This document shows positions 25,501 through 39,200 of a DNA stretch of 55,068 nt, in pieces. The first letter of the stretch is position 1. Every line of letters starts with the position of its first letter. The notes under the pieces are model-generated. The model worked only from the letters and a program-made list of their open reading frames with translations. It was not told the DNA's origin and made no database searches. The position numbers were made by a program, and so were the translations under genes. Origin of the DNA: Octopus bimaculoides (lineage: Eukaryota); NCBI RefSeq assembly GCF_001194135.2, contig NC_068982.1, forward strand, positions 103,844,976 to 103,900,043, given 5' to 3'.

Positions 25501-28500
25501 CATGGGTCGGTCCCACTAGTTATTATAAATATACTTATTTTTGGTATGTAAAAATGTGTAAACATCATAGAATGGTAGAAAACTCCCATTTTCATTTCTC
25601 AGTAGAAGCATTGCATTTATTTCCCTAACTTCCAAATCAGACAAGAACATATCTATTACAGGTACCAGGCCTGAAATTTTGGGGAAAGGAATAATCAATT
25701 GTATTGGTACCAATACTTGACCAGTACTCTGTTTTATTATCATTAAGAATTTGAAAGGCACAATTGACCTTAATGAGATTCAAACCTGAAACAAACAGCC
25801 AGAAGAAATACTGTAAGGCATTTTCTCCAACATTCTAAGAATTTTGTCATTCCATCTCTTGGCAAATTAAATAAACAATGATCTCAAATTTTGGCACAAA
25901 CTAGCAATTTTAGAGAGAGGGGTTTAGTCAATTACATAGACCCCTGTGCTGAACTGATACCTATTTTATCAACCCTGAAAGGACAAAAGGCAAAGACTAC
26001 CTTGGTGGAATTCAAAGTCAAAACGTAAAGAGCTAAAAGAAATGTTATTAACATTGTTGTTGGAAATTTCTGAATGAAATGCTACTAATATTTCTGATGT
26101 GTTAACATTTCTGACAGCTTGCTGCTCTGAATTAAATGAATAGTGATTTCATTATACACAAACCTAAATCCAAAGGCTTGGATGAATATCCCCTCAGTTC
26201 TGGAGCTGGCAGGATTATCCAAAAGTGATGGGAAGAGACCAGATGGGAAGAGACCAGATGGAAAGAAACCAGATTATCCCTGGATAATAGGGAGGTGCTT
26301 CATCTGGGACACCAAGGTCTGTGACTCTTTTGTTCCTTCCCTTATCCTGGATACTGTGGTAAATGGGAGGGTCACTGCTTCCATAGCCAAATGAAACAAA
26401 ACTCTGTAGTATTGGGACCTGGCAGTGAACTATCTCTTCGAGCCTGAGGCGTTTGAGAAATTCAGAAGGACTGGGCCATTAATGGTGAAGTTCTTGTCAT
26501 CGTTGGCAACTCCCCTCACTAAGGTGTCAGATGATGCCTGTGAGGGTGCTTAGCTTTTCCAATGCCTTAGCCTCACCATTGCTCATGGTAATGCTGTGAA
26601 CATGCTGGCTTGCTTCAGTAGGCTCCGTCAAACCTTGTGGTGTGTGACCATCTGAAACTCCTGGTGCTGCATTGATGTTTTTTCTTTCTTTTCTTTCGCC
26701 CCATTTTTTTGTCTTTCTTTTGTATCATATATGTATCATATACATGTGTGTTATATATGTAATAATACTTACATTATTACTTATTGTCAAACAGACATTA
26801 CAAACTAAAAAAAAAATTATAAAATAATATAATTATGTATAATATAATTGATACGGAATCCCCATCATGTTTATGAAAATATAATTGATACTGAATCCCC
26901 ACCAAGTTTAACCCTACATCTTCATTGAAATACCTTATCCATGTCATTTTGAAGTTTTAGGTTCTGCATTTGTAAAGCCATTTTTTCCTTGTTAAATTTC
27001 TCCATAAATTCAATTTTCTTTTGAAATGCCTGTAAACGAAATTTACTCTTTTATATTTCACTCTGAAAAATCATTTTTAAACATACTTCTTCAATTGGTT
27101 GTACATACTGATATGGGCTAAACGGTATACAAAATCAGAACTTTACTATCATTGTAACACATTATATAATACTACCTATGCCTGATACCTGATTTGTTTC
27201 CCACATTCCAAATCTTTTACTTTTTTTACATTCTCTACACTGTGTGTCTTCTAGTGTCAACTTATTGCTTTTTTCTATTGCAGCAGGTGTCATCCAACTA
27301 TAATACAGTTGAATAATTTCATTTGAAAACACTAGCTTAGCAACTTTACAGGGTTGGATCTTTTCAAATGTTGAATAGTAGTTATTTTGAAGAAAGAAAG
27401 GGATATATTCTGTTAATGTATCATATGCTTACAATGTGATCCCATACTAAATATATATCTTAATAAAACATATATATATCATCATCATCATCATCATCAT
27501 CATCGTTTAACGTCCGCTTTCCATGCTAGCATGGGCTGGACGATTTGACTGAGAACTGGTGAAACCGGATGGCAACACCAGGCTCCAATCTAATTTGGCA
27601 GAGTTTCTACAGCTGGATGCCCTTCCTAACGCCAACCACTCAGAGAGNNNNNNNNNNAATTTGGCAGAGTTTCTACAGCTGGATGCCCTTCCTAACGCCA
27701 ACCACTCAGAGAGTGTAGTGGGTGCTTTTACGTGACACCTGCACGAAGGCCAGTCAGGTGGTACTGGCAACGGCCACGCTCAAAATGGTGTCTTTTATGT
27801 GCCACCCGCACAAAAGCCAGTCCAAGGGCACTGGCAATGATCTCGCTTGAAAATCCTATGAAGGCCAGTCAGGTGGTACTAGCAACGGTCACGCTCAAAA
27901 TGGTGCATCTTATGTGCCACCTGCACAAGAGCCAGTCCAGGGGCACTGGCAACGATCTCACTTGGCTTGCCGGGTCTTCTCACGCACAGCACATTTCCAA
28001 AGGTCTCGGAAAAGTAGTCATCTCCTCGGTGAGGCCCAATGTTCGAAGGCCTTGCCTCACCACCTCAGCCCAGGTCTTCCTACCTCTTCTATGGGTTCCC
28101 TCAACTGTTAGGGTGTGGCACTTTTTCACGCAGCTATCCTCATCCATTCTCACCACATGTCCATACCAGCACAATCGTCTCTCTTGCACACTACAACTGA
28201 TGCTTCTTATGTTCAGCTTTTCTCTCAAGATACTTACACTCTGACGGGTATGCACACTGACATTACACANNNNNNNNNNNNNNNNNNNNNNNNNNNNNNN
28301 NNNNNNNNNNNNNNNNNNNNNNNNNNNNNNNNNNNNNNNNNNNNNNNNNNNNNNNNNNNNNNNNNNNNNNNNNNNNNNNNNNNNNNNNNNNNNNNNNNNN
28401 NNNNNNNNNNNNNNNNNNNNNNNNNNNNNNNNNNNNNNNNNNNNNNNNNNNNNNNNNNNNNNNNNNNNNNNNNNNNNNNNNNNNNNNNNNNNNNNNNNNN

Positions 28501-28862
28501 NNNNNNNNNNNNNNNNNNNNNNNNNNNNNNNNNNNNNNNNNNNNNNNNNNNNNNNNNNNNNNNNNNNNNNNNNNNNNNNNNNNNNNNNNNNNNNNNNNNN
28601 NNNNNNNNNNNNNNNNNNNNNNNNNNNNNNNNNNNNNNNNNNNNNNNNNNNNNNNNNNNNNNNNNNNNNNNNNNNNNNNNNNNNNNNNNNNNNNNNNNNN
28701 NNNNNNNNNNNNNNNNNNNNNNNNNNNNNNNNNNNNNNNNNNNNNNNNNNNNNNNNNNNNNNNNNNNNNNNNNNNNNNNNNNNNNNNNNNNNNNNNNNNN
28801 NNNNNNNNNNNNNNNNNNNNNNNNNNNNNNNNNNNNNNNNNNNNNNNNNNNNNNNNNNNNNN

Positions 28863-28893
<31 letters not shown>

Positions 28894-31800
28894 TCCATGT
28901 GCATATTACCAAGATGGCAACACTGCAGGTGAGTGGCTGGATGGATTTTGAGGATATTCAGAACCAGGAAGAGGGAGGCCCTGCTACTCCTACGGATGAC
29001 TTCTGTTCTCAGTCGCTTGGACTACTAATCCCAATTATGGTCTCCCTACTGGGAAAGGCTGAATGAGCTGAGTCTCTATTCCCTGGAAAGAAGGTGAAAG
29101 AGATATGTGGTGATATATATATTTGGAAGATCTTAGAGGGTTTAGCTCCCAGTTTTGGAACTGATAGCTATACTAATCCTCAAATTGGACGGCACTGCAT
29201 CATACCAAAGATCCTGTCTTTCCCATCTAAAATAAGGACAGAGTACTGCAATAGTACTGGGTTTCAAGGGCCCACAATTGTTCAACATCCTGTCAGGCAA
29301 CCTGGTGTTGATGTGGAAGTTTTCAAGAAACGTCTGGACAGGTTTCTATCTGAGATACCAGATGAATCCACATCGCAGCAGGAGACACAAAGGAGAGCAG
29401 CTCTGTCCAACTCGCTACTTCAGCAAAAACAATACTGGAAACAACACCAAGTGACTACACCAGCATGACCACAGTCCTGGGCTGAAACCAGTAAAAGATA
29501 AAAGATATATATATATTTGAAAAGATTAACTTGACTTATATATATATATATCAGAGGCGACTCCAGGTCATCAGCATCACTTGGGTTCATAACAGATTTT
29601 GTCACTTGGGCTCATCACAGATTTTGTCATTTGGGCTCATCACAGATTTTGCAAAAGACACTTGAAGAATTTCATGTTTTTCTGTTTTATTTCTAGCCCC
29701 AAATGGCTTATTTTTTTATATCTAGCACTATGTCTTTCCCTAAACTTAAATGGCTCCAAAGCCATGAAACCAGGTCATGGGTTCAATGCACAAGTAACTT
29801 GAGATTAAGGAAAATTTAACATAGAGATATATATGATCTCAAAACAAATCAGAGTGTATTTTAATCAAACATTAGTGTAAATGAAAGCACAAAGAAGGTC
29901 TAAATTTCTATCATTCTATGGTGTTACAATATCATCATCACCATCATTTAGCATCCATGTTCCATGCTGACATGAGTTGGATGGTTTTACAGGAGCTGGT
30001 AAGCCTGGGGACTGCACCAAATTCCATTTCCTGCTTAGGCATGGTTTTTATAGCTTGATACCCTTTCTAGCACCAACCACTTTACAGAGTAGACGGGGTG
30101 CTTTTTACATGGCACCAGCACTGGTGTCACATAAAAAGCACCCATGTAAAAAGCATTCTTCTCAGAAGTGGTATTGAAGGAGGTGGCTTTGTGCCAAGTG
30201 ATGAGAGGTTAATTTATAGAGGGACAAAAACAGGTGTCTTGCTGTTGAAGAGATAAATGGCTACTACAGTCAGAGGGAGAGAAAGAAATGGAGAGAGAGG
30301 GAGAATGAGAGAAAGTGACAGTAACAGGGAGCAAGAGTAAGAGAGTGTGAGAGAAAGAGAGAGATAGTTGTGATGATGCACCAGGGCATATGTACTCATA
30401 TAGTCGGACCTTATTTCCATCCTCACTCTCAAAATATGTTATCCTGTTTCTCCATTTTCTAACATCTTTATTATTCATCTAATTTTCTTCTCTGCCTCTA
30501 ATTTCTACTCTCACCTTGTTTTACAATTTCAGAAATCTCATTGATTATCTCCCCTCTTTAACCTCAGTCCAATGTGTTACCTTGCACCTTATTCAATAAA
30601 CTAAAGAGTAAAATTAAAAACTAAACTCATCAGCATTACCAAAGTCAAACAAAAGAATGAGTGCCTATGTTCAGCAAAAAAGTGAGACATAATCTTTAGT
30701 GATTGATATCAAGTTCAGCCAAGCACTGATCCCACCACTTCAGATACTCTTCTGTCTCAGCAATATCCTGGATAATCCCCAACTTAGATGTGATAATTGA
30801 CTCATAAGAAATGAATGGATTGCAACAGTGCCCATACCTGTTTTACTTGAGCTCCTTTTTGACTATCCATACTTTTACACTGAAGTAAAAGTGATGAAGT
30901 TACCTACAAAGAATGGATTCAAGTTTACTCAGATGTAAAGGATAGAATTAAACAATACGATCAAAATTATAAACATGAATTATAATATATAACTTTAAGC
31001 CTTATGTACACGTATACACACACTTTCATGAACATACACATGACAATAAGTACATCTGTACACACACACACACATCTTTTGACCACCAGTAGTTCAACTC
31101 ACTCATCAAACTACTTTATCTGCCATCATTTGATTGACTATTTTGATAAGCCAAGTGATGCTAGAGGAATGAAACCCATATGCACCTTTCCAAGAGAAGC
31201 CAAAAGCTTTACTGATTGATGTTGAAGGCAACAACATTACTTTTGTGGAAGTCCTCAAGACTAAGAGATGACTGTAACTGAGATACTAAAATGTATGTAT
31301 ATATTCACAAATTTTCTTGCTATGAAAATACAATTTCCACTATACTAATAACATAATGGTATGTTTAACATAAAGATAAAGTAAGAAAGAGGGATTTCTG
31401 TGACTATTGTAGTTTTAGTTTAGTTAGAAAAACTATAAGGTGTAAAACTTGGACACTGACTTCAGAGATAATTTGGCAGATTTAAACTTTGGAAGAAAAT
31501 AGCTAACAAACAATACTTATTTCTTTGAACAATGTAATAAAATAAGAAAAGATAAATACTTTAGCTGTTGATGTTTTAGAAGGTTTGTCCTGAAAAAATA
31601 AAAAGAAAAAAATTGAAATTTAGTTTATGTAATACAATTTAACCAAGTCATGTTTTTCAAATGGATTCTGCTTTTCACAGACAACTACTATAAGGATTCT
31701 CTAAATTATTTGGTCACAGTCTTTTGGTCTTAATAAATCTTGATTTCATTTATTAAATTCGTGATAATTATATTATCATAAGTAGTATATTTGTATATGT

Positions 31801-34800
31801 ACATATTTTCCTTTTACCTTGTAATAGCAATGCATTAGGATTTGTGAGTTTAATATTACTCCAAAGGTAAAATGTAAATCTGTTTCAATAGAAGTCATGC
31901 TGGTCATCACAGAGAAGGGAAAGAAACTTAACATGATAAAGGAAGTGATTATTATTTATAGTTGCTTTCCATCACAATTGAGATATTTGTAGTGAGGGTA
32001 TTGGGTCAGTTGACTGGGTCAGAGAAGTCATTTTTGTGAAGAGGATTACATTGCTGTGTGCTTCCATAAGTTGACATGGATCTTCACAGAGAACTAGATG
32101 AGGAGGGTAATGGAAGATTCCTTTGTTGGGCTGAAATGATTGATGGAGTTTCAAACTTATATGTTATCAACATAAACTGTAATGTACCACAGGTTTATAA
32201 AATACAAAATAATAATTACCATAGTCTTAAGAATTTAGTGGTTTTATCAGAATGCTGAAAAGATGATGTTTACATTGCATAATGGATGATATAACTCATT
32301 ACTGTAAGAAACTGGAACATTCTATAATTAACCAGAATTTTGTTGGTTTGCAGTGTTCAGTTCAACTCACTTGTTGAAAGGAGTAAGTGACACCAGATTG
32401 ATTTATCTTAGAACACATATTTTTGAGTTTCTTTAAGATATATTGTTTATTTCAGAAACTTCTGCATATTCCATAGGCATGTCAAAGAGTTCATTTGCAT
32501 GCTTCATGATAGAGAAAAAGTCACTGAAAAATAAGAACCACTTATTTCCCAAATTTTAAGATTTTCATAACATGTTTAAAAAGGGATGACTAAAAATCTA
32601 TTACGTCAAATCAGATAACTCTACACCAGTATTGTTTTATATATTGTTAAACTACATGATTATAGTGCAGTTGCAATCCATGGTTTTCCTAATTTTTTTA
32701 AAGTTTATAAACTCAGATTGTCTGCTAGCTATGCACATAGTTCATTCTAGGGAAGATGAGAATTACTAATTTGCAGTTAGGGTTGGATGGGTAGTTGTTT
32801 TTATGATTCTTTAATGTGATGTATTGTTTACATGGAGTGAGGTGGCTTTGTATAGCTAATTAAAACACCAGTGTTTTTGCTTCATTATTTACTATGCTAT
32901 AAATGTTGACATTTGTTTTCTTTTAATAGAAAGGTTGAGTGAAATGGCATCTGCTCTTAACTACATACAAAAAGCATAACTTAGTAATCACCGATATTCT
33001 GATCTGATAGGCAAACAGATATAAATGTTCCTGACAGCATCTGCCATTAAACCACTTGTATATGATTGGCTACGCCATTGTATAGGCCCACACCTAGAGT
33101 ATATCATAAAGGGAGATGATGATTGTCAGATGGACCATCAACTAATACACTCTAACATGGCAATTCAATTCAGAAACGATATCTATTGCAGAAGTCATGC
33201 TAGTGAAAAGTCAATACTATGTTTCTGTATAATCTGCAGTGCCTAATTGATGAAATATCATCCATAAACCTGAGATATTGTTATAATGTCGAAAACACAT
33301 AGTTTACTCTAAATGCAAGCATCTATGCAGTTTGTCAGTACTCCTTGGACTTTACAGTGAGAATACTCTTAAAACTGGTTTACCAAGAACAACTCCTAGA
33401 TCAAGCAACTGATCAACAGAAATAAAGCAACTTTCCAAGCTTCCTAAAACTAGTAGAATAATGAGCACAAAAAGAAAGTTTGTCAAAATCAGAGGCTGCA
33501 GTTTAGAAACAAACATGTACAATGAAAAAAATTGTTAATAGGATTAAAGCCAAAATCTGGCTGACAGGCTTGACATAAGTTTTTTCAGTACAACTAAAAT
33601 AATCTATGGTCATCTATCACAGATATTGTTAAGGAGATTCAGTTATTGTGATGACATGAACTGACAAAAAAAAAAAAAGAAAAAACTTATGATGTATAAA
33701 GCAGGAGTTGTACCTACATTCCAATATAGCTCTGAAATCTGTTGAAGATATTGATAGCATCTTCAAAAACTGAAAATATTGTTAGATGAGAATACCTGGA
33801 GTTTCTCAAGGGCTTTGAGTTTTGTATGTAACACTTTTCCAACAAGGAACTATTTGGAAAGTGTGACACACAAACTGAAAACAGAAGAAAGAATGCACAA
33901 TACAAGTAGTAGGGATTATTTATTAATTTGAAGCTGATGATTCATTCTATCACTATTCCAAGTTTAGTATGGATGTAATGAGTATCCTATTAGTAATTAA
34001 AAAAGTCTTTTAATGAGTATTTGTTCATATGTTTATATATGGACAGAATTTTCAGTTTAAAGTATGTACAGCTGAGAAACATTATTCAATAAGAATAAGG
34101 TAAAAGTTAAATACACTTCCTTGCAAAACACAACAGCTGAAATATCACTCTATAACTAAATATATAGAGATCGCAACAGTTACTAGAATGCAACTGTAAC
34201 AACATCAGGACATGTCACATTATTAGCAAATACCTTTCAAGGACTCTACAGCACAGAATTAAAATAGCTTTCACAAATTGTACCAAAATGAAATGTACAG
34301 AACTGTTGGAAAAAAATATTTAAGAGTATGAATACATAGCATACTCAATCTGTCAAATCCAAATAAAATTACCCCCCCCCCCCTATCTCAATCCTTCTTG
34401 AAACAAAGTGTGGTGTGTTGTTGGGGCGTTTTATAGTAGGCAAAACAAGGGGTCATGGGAATGATGTTGTAACTGATAAGACTGTCATCACTTAACATTG
34501 TTTAACAGTTAACTTCTGGTTACTTTCAAAATCTACTTCACATGTGCTACATCTTTGTGTTGATCTTTGGGTTGTATGCTATTAATATGAATGAATGAAT
34601 GAATGAATGAATGTATGTTTGTATGTATGTATGCATGTATGCATGCATGTATGTATGTATAGTATGTATGTATGTATGTATGTATGTATGTATGTATGTA
34701 TAGTATGTATGTATGTAGGTATGTATGCATGTATGTATGTATGTATGTATGCATGTATGTATGTATGTATGTATTATGTATGCATGCATGTATGTATGCA

Positions 34801-36197
34801 TGCATGCATGTATGTATGTATAGCATGCATGCATGTATGTATGTATAGCATGCATGCATATGTGTGACTGTTCCCTTTGCTATCTATTGAAACCAAAGAG
34901 AATATATCCACAATAAAAATTACCATTTCTGTGTCTGAGAGGAACTCTTTGAATGGCGTGCCACTTCGGCTTTTCTATAAAATAAACAGAAACAAAAAAA
35001 TTTTAGATTGAAACAACATAGTAAGTCTTACTTTTACTGATCATAGCAAAATACTTTAAAATTTTAATTGCAATAACAATATTTCTATGACAATAAAAGC
35101 TAATGTAAATTAGATTGAAGGATGGAAGTAACAAAGAAATGAATGCAAGTAGGCTGGAAAAAGGAGAGAAGGTATTTGCAATGAATGAGAAAAAGAGAGA
35201 GAGAGAGAGAGCGTTGTAGGTTTTTATCAATGTATATATACGTCATGGGTTCTAGTTTGTTTAACCCATTACCTACCAGTGATCTCATATGAGATCACTT
35301 AAAAATAACAAATTTCGTAATTATCTGTCAATATTTACACATATCTAACCTTTTTGCTATATCTACTAGGTATATTTCTCTGATATTCAAATGAGGTTTG
35401 CTAATTTTTCACCCAATATCTCGCTTATTTCTATTTAAAATGTTATTTCGAAATGTTATTTTGAAATGTTATTTTGATCCTTCCAGCGTGTTTCTAAGGC
35501 TGTCTTATGCTAGAAATCAAAGTTTCATAAAAAAATTCCAGTTAATAGAATTATGGGAGGTAATGGGTTAATCTGATTAGAGGGTTACCTGGGTGGAGAT
35601 AGGGTTCTGGAGGTGGATATTGGTGTCATAATAGAGAACATCCCAGAGGATACCACCAAACACAATAATTATCATACCATACAACTCAACAACACCACCC
35701 TCAACTCCTTATCAAATGATAATCTTAGCACCAACTATAATAACAAACCGAACACCGATTCCTCACTAAATAACAATACCGTCATGAGCTCATCTGGAAT
35801 GCCCCTTACAAATCTATGTAGCTTCAGACATTCAACCTCCTGTCCTTTAGATAACCACTGTCTCACTAAAAACATAGTTTATAAGTGCACAGTATCAACT
35901 AACAACTGTAACTACATTTACATCGGCTCATGTAGCACCACCTTCAAAGTTAGGGTGAGCAATCACTACTCTAGCTTCAAATCCCAAATACAATCTAACA
36001 GGCGCAGGAGTGGTTGTGTGGTAAGTAGCTTGCTTACCAATTACATGGTTCCAGGTTCATTCCCACTGCATGGCAACTTAGGCAGGTGTCTTCTACTATA
36101 GCCTCAGACCAACCAAAGCCTTGTGAGTGGCTTTGCTAGATGAAACTGAAAGAAGCCTGTATATATATATATGTATATATATATGTATATATATATG

Positions 36198-36230
<33 letters not shown>

Positions 36231-39200
36231 ATGTTTGTGTGTTTGTGTTTGTCCCCACAACATCGCTTGACAACTGATGGTGGTGTGTTTACATCCTGTA
36301 ACTTAGCAGTTCGGCAAAAGAGACCGATAGAGTAAGTACTAGGCTTCCAAAGAATAAAGGCGGTGCTCCAGCATGGCCGCAGTCAAATGACTGAAACAAG
36401 TAAAAGAGTATATTGTTATCTCAATTTATCAGTAAACTAACGCTTGATTCAACCCCTTACCCTCTCAAATGGTCCATAGTCAACCACACCAAACCTTACA
36501 ATGGATATAACAACAAATGTGACTTCATGGCTATTTTGCAATCCATAGACTGTCTCAATGAACACAGAAGTATATTTACCTGCAAGCATCGGGCACTAAA
36601 TCTATTCTCAAAATACAAGTAATTACAACCCCACCCTGCTCTTGTCTCCCCTTAACTCTCATATATATATATATTTTTTTTCCACTCATCCACCCTCACT
36701 ACCACTTTGTATTAAACCAACAATATCTTTCTCCCCTTTTAATTCTTGGATCATCAATTACAAAATTCTCTCCATATTTTTACTTATTTTCCAAAATATT
36801 TTTCTTTCCTTTTATTTCAGCTCCCCCTCCTACACCTTCCATCCATAAGCTTACAGATACATATACCTACATACACTTCCATCACTTCATACATTTTTAA
36901 AAATTGGTTTTCTATCATTCCCCTGCTAGTTTCTGCCTTTGATTACCAACAACCTGCTAGTCCGGCTTAAGTTCCTCACCCTACCTTGCTTTATTCATAC
37001 ACACTTTCTTTCTCCTGCCAAAATATTTTCTCACCCTCTCCCTTCCAATTTATCTTTCCTTCAAGTACCAATCCCACTACTAAATTCTATGATTCAGCCA
37101 AAACTGCTATATTATCTACTACTAGTCAACTGACCTAGCCCAATTTCTCCTTCCTCTCATCATCGTCATTTAACGTCCGCTTTCCATGCTAGCATGGGTT
37201 GGACGATTGACTGAGGACTGGTGGACCAGAAGGCGACACCAGGCTCCAGTCTGATTTGGCAGAGTTTCTACAGCTGGATGCCCTTCCTAACGCCAACCAC
37301 TCCGAGAGTGTAGTGGGTGCTTTTATGTGCCACCGGCACGAGGGCCAGTCAGGCAGGTACTGATGACGGCCACGCTCGAAATGGTGTGTCACCTCTCACT
37401 CCCTTATATTTTTTCGTCTTTCTTCCCTTCTTCTAATACTTATTTCTCCCTACATTTATATACCCCTCTCATACTGTACCCTTCACACATTCTGATAGAA
37501 TCTTCTTTGCATCAACATGTACCTCATTGTGACAATGTAACCTTTAATCTAATCAAGATATCCTTGGCCTGAAGAGTAGCTAGCGGAATATACCCCGCTT
37601 GGATTTTACCACTTCTGAGGTTCCACTTGCCATGAAGCATATGTAGCCCAGATTTTTTCTACTCCATTCCATAAATCTTATATTCTTTTTTGCACACTCA
37701 ACAACCCTCGTTGCCTACTGTGGAATATAAAATAACTTTTACTGCTCATTGTTCTTCGATAACGAAAAATAATCTGCAACTTTCCCTCTCAATAAAACAC
37801 TATTGTTCCTAAATGTTGTTTCTTTATATTTACTATGGATTGCTTGAAGCTAACTTTCTTCCTACGCCTTGATCCCTGGATCTTGCATTTATATTTTTGA
37901 GCAGCATCGATTTTTATCTATTTTTCCGTCAAGGGCTTATATGCCCCATTATTAGACTATTTTCTTTAGTCATTGTGCGGTGATCACTTATAAGATTTAA
38001 GCTTATAAAATACTATTTTTATTATTTACAGAATTGTAAAAATCAACGCTGCTTTAAAAAACCTTCACAGTAAAAGCACATGAAAGTTTGTTTACAAATA
38101 CAACACTATGAACTAATCATAGTTCTTAAATCTGACGGAGTGAAGCAGGTTGGTATGCTAGTGTAATGGTAGCATTCTTGTCACGAAAACAAAGTGGTGC
38201 GGGTTTGTGTCCCGCACATATAAGAAAACCTATTTTTATCCATCGAGGGCTTATACACCCCATTATTATACTATTTTCTTTAGTCATTGTGTGGTGATTA
38301 CTTATAAGCTTTAAGCTTATAAAATACTATTATTATTATTTACATACATGCATATATATATATATAAAGAAGAGGAAGTTTTTTTTCTCTGAGTATATTC
38401 AATGATTTAAAATTATGCATAGCTTAAATCACTTTTAAACATTTATATGAAATGATAAATGATTTGAATATCATAAAATAACTGTCTGTGTGTATTTATG
38501 TGTATCTATATATTTGTGTGTGTGTGTATGTGAGAGAGAGAGAGTATGTGTATGTGTGTGTGTGTGTGTGCATGCATGCAGGTGTGTGTGTGTGTGTGTA
38601 TTTGTGTGTGTTTGTGTGTGTATGTGTGTGTGTGAGCGTATGTGTGTGTGTGTGTGAGTATTGGTGTATTCATTGAAACAACCAGGTCATTAGACTGCAA
38701 TAATTACCATGTCAGTGTCTGAGAGGAACTCCCAGGAATCTTTGCTGCCTTGGTGATATGGTTGCTATGAAACAAATTAAAAGCAAAAAATATCTGATTA
38801 TTTTAAAATAGCAAATATATTTTATGATTTCAAATTGCACAGAATTTCAATTACTTTAAAAATTTACTTGAAATAGTTTGAATTCAATAAAATGTGTGTG
38901 TGTTTTATGTGTGCATATGTGAATATGTTTGTGTAATGTGCATGTGTGTGTGTGTGTGTGTGTGTATGTGTGTGTGTGTGTACATGCATGTGAGGTGGTG
39001 CTGAAAAGTTCCTGGCTTTAAGTAACAGTAAATACAAGAGGATCAATTACGATTTTATTCAACATATTCCCCTCTCAGATTCACACTCTTATTACAGCGG
39101 TCCTTCAGTTTTTCTAAGCCCTGTAAAAGAACTCAGATTGCTGGATCTCCAGCCAGGCCTTTCATGATATTCTTAAAGCCAGTAACTTTTCAGTACCTTG

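Larger units (their letters stand above)
35613..37870 (+). mobile_element. Penelope-like element 3' part (GIY-YIG endonuclease plus 3' region), split by a SINE and an RTE fragment
   Basis: [26 protein letters not shown]...[23 protein letters not shown] [SINE] LSQFISKL...LKWSIV...PY...KC...[12 protein letters not shown]. Confidence 0.8.

Noticed and set aside
26755-26786. 32-nt candidate exon with strong splice sites (ttttag / gtaagt)
   Set aside because: Has a stop in the required phase 0; at most a poison exon.
27590-27710. Apparent tandem duplication on both sides of a 10-N gap
   Set aside because: Identical sequence flanking a gap is a typical contig-overlap artefact.
27980-28951. Long ORFs of 213-310 aa
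   Set aside because: Mostly N gap; flanks are RTE and CR1 fragments.
30576-30595. 20-nt candidate exon LLNKVQ
   Set aside because: Phase 2-1 is incompatible with the neighbouring phase-0 exons.
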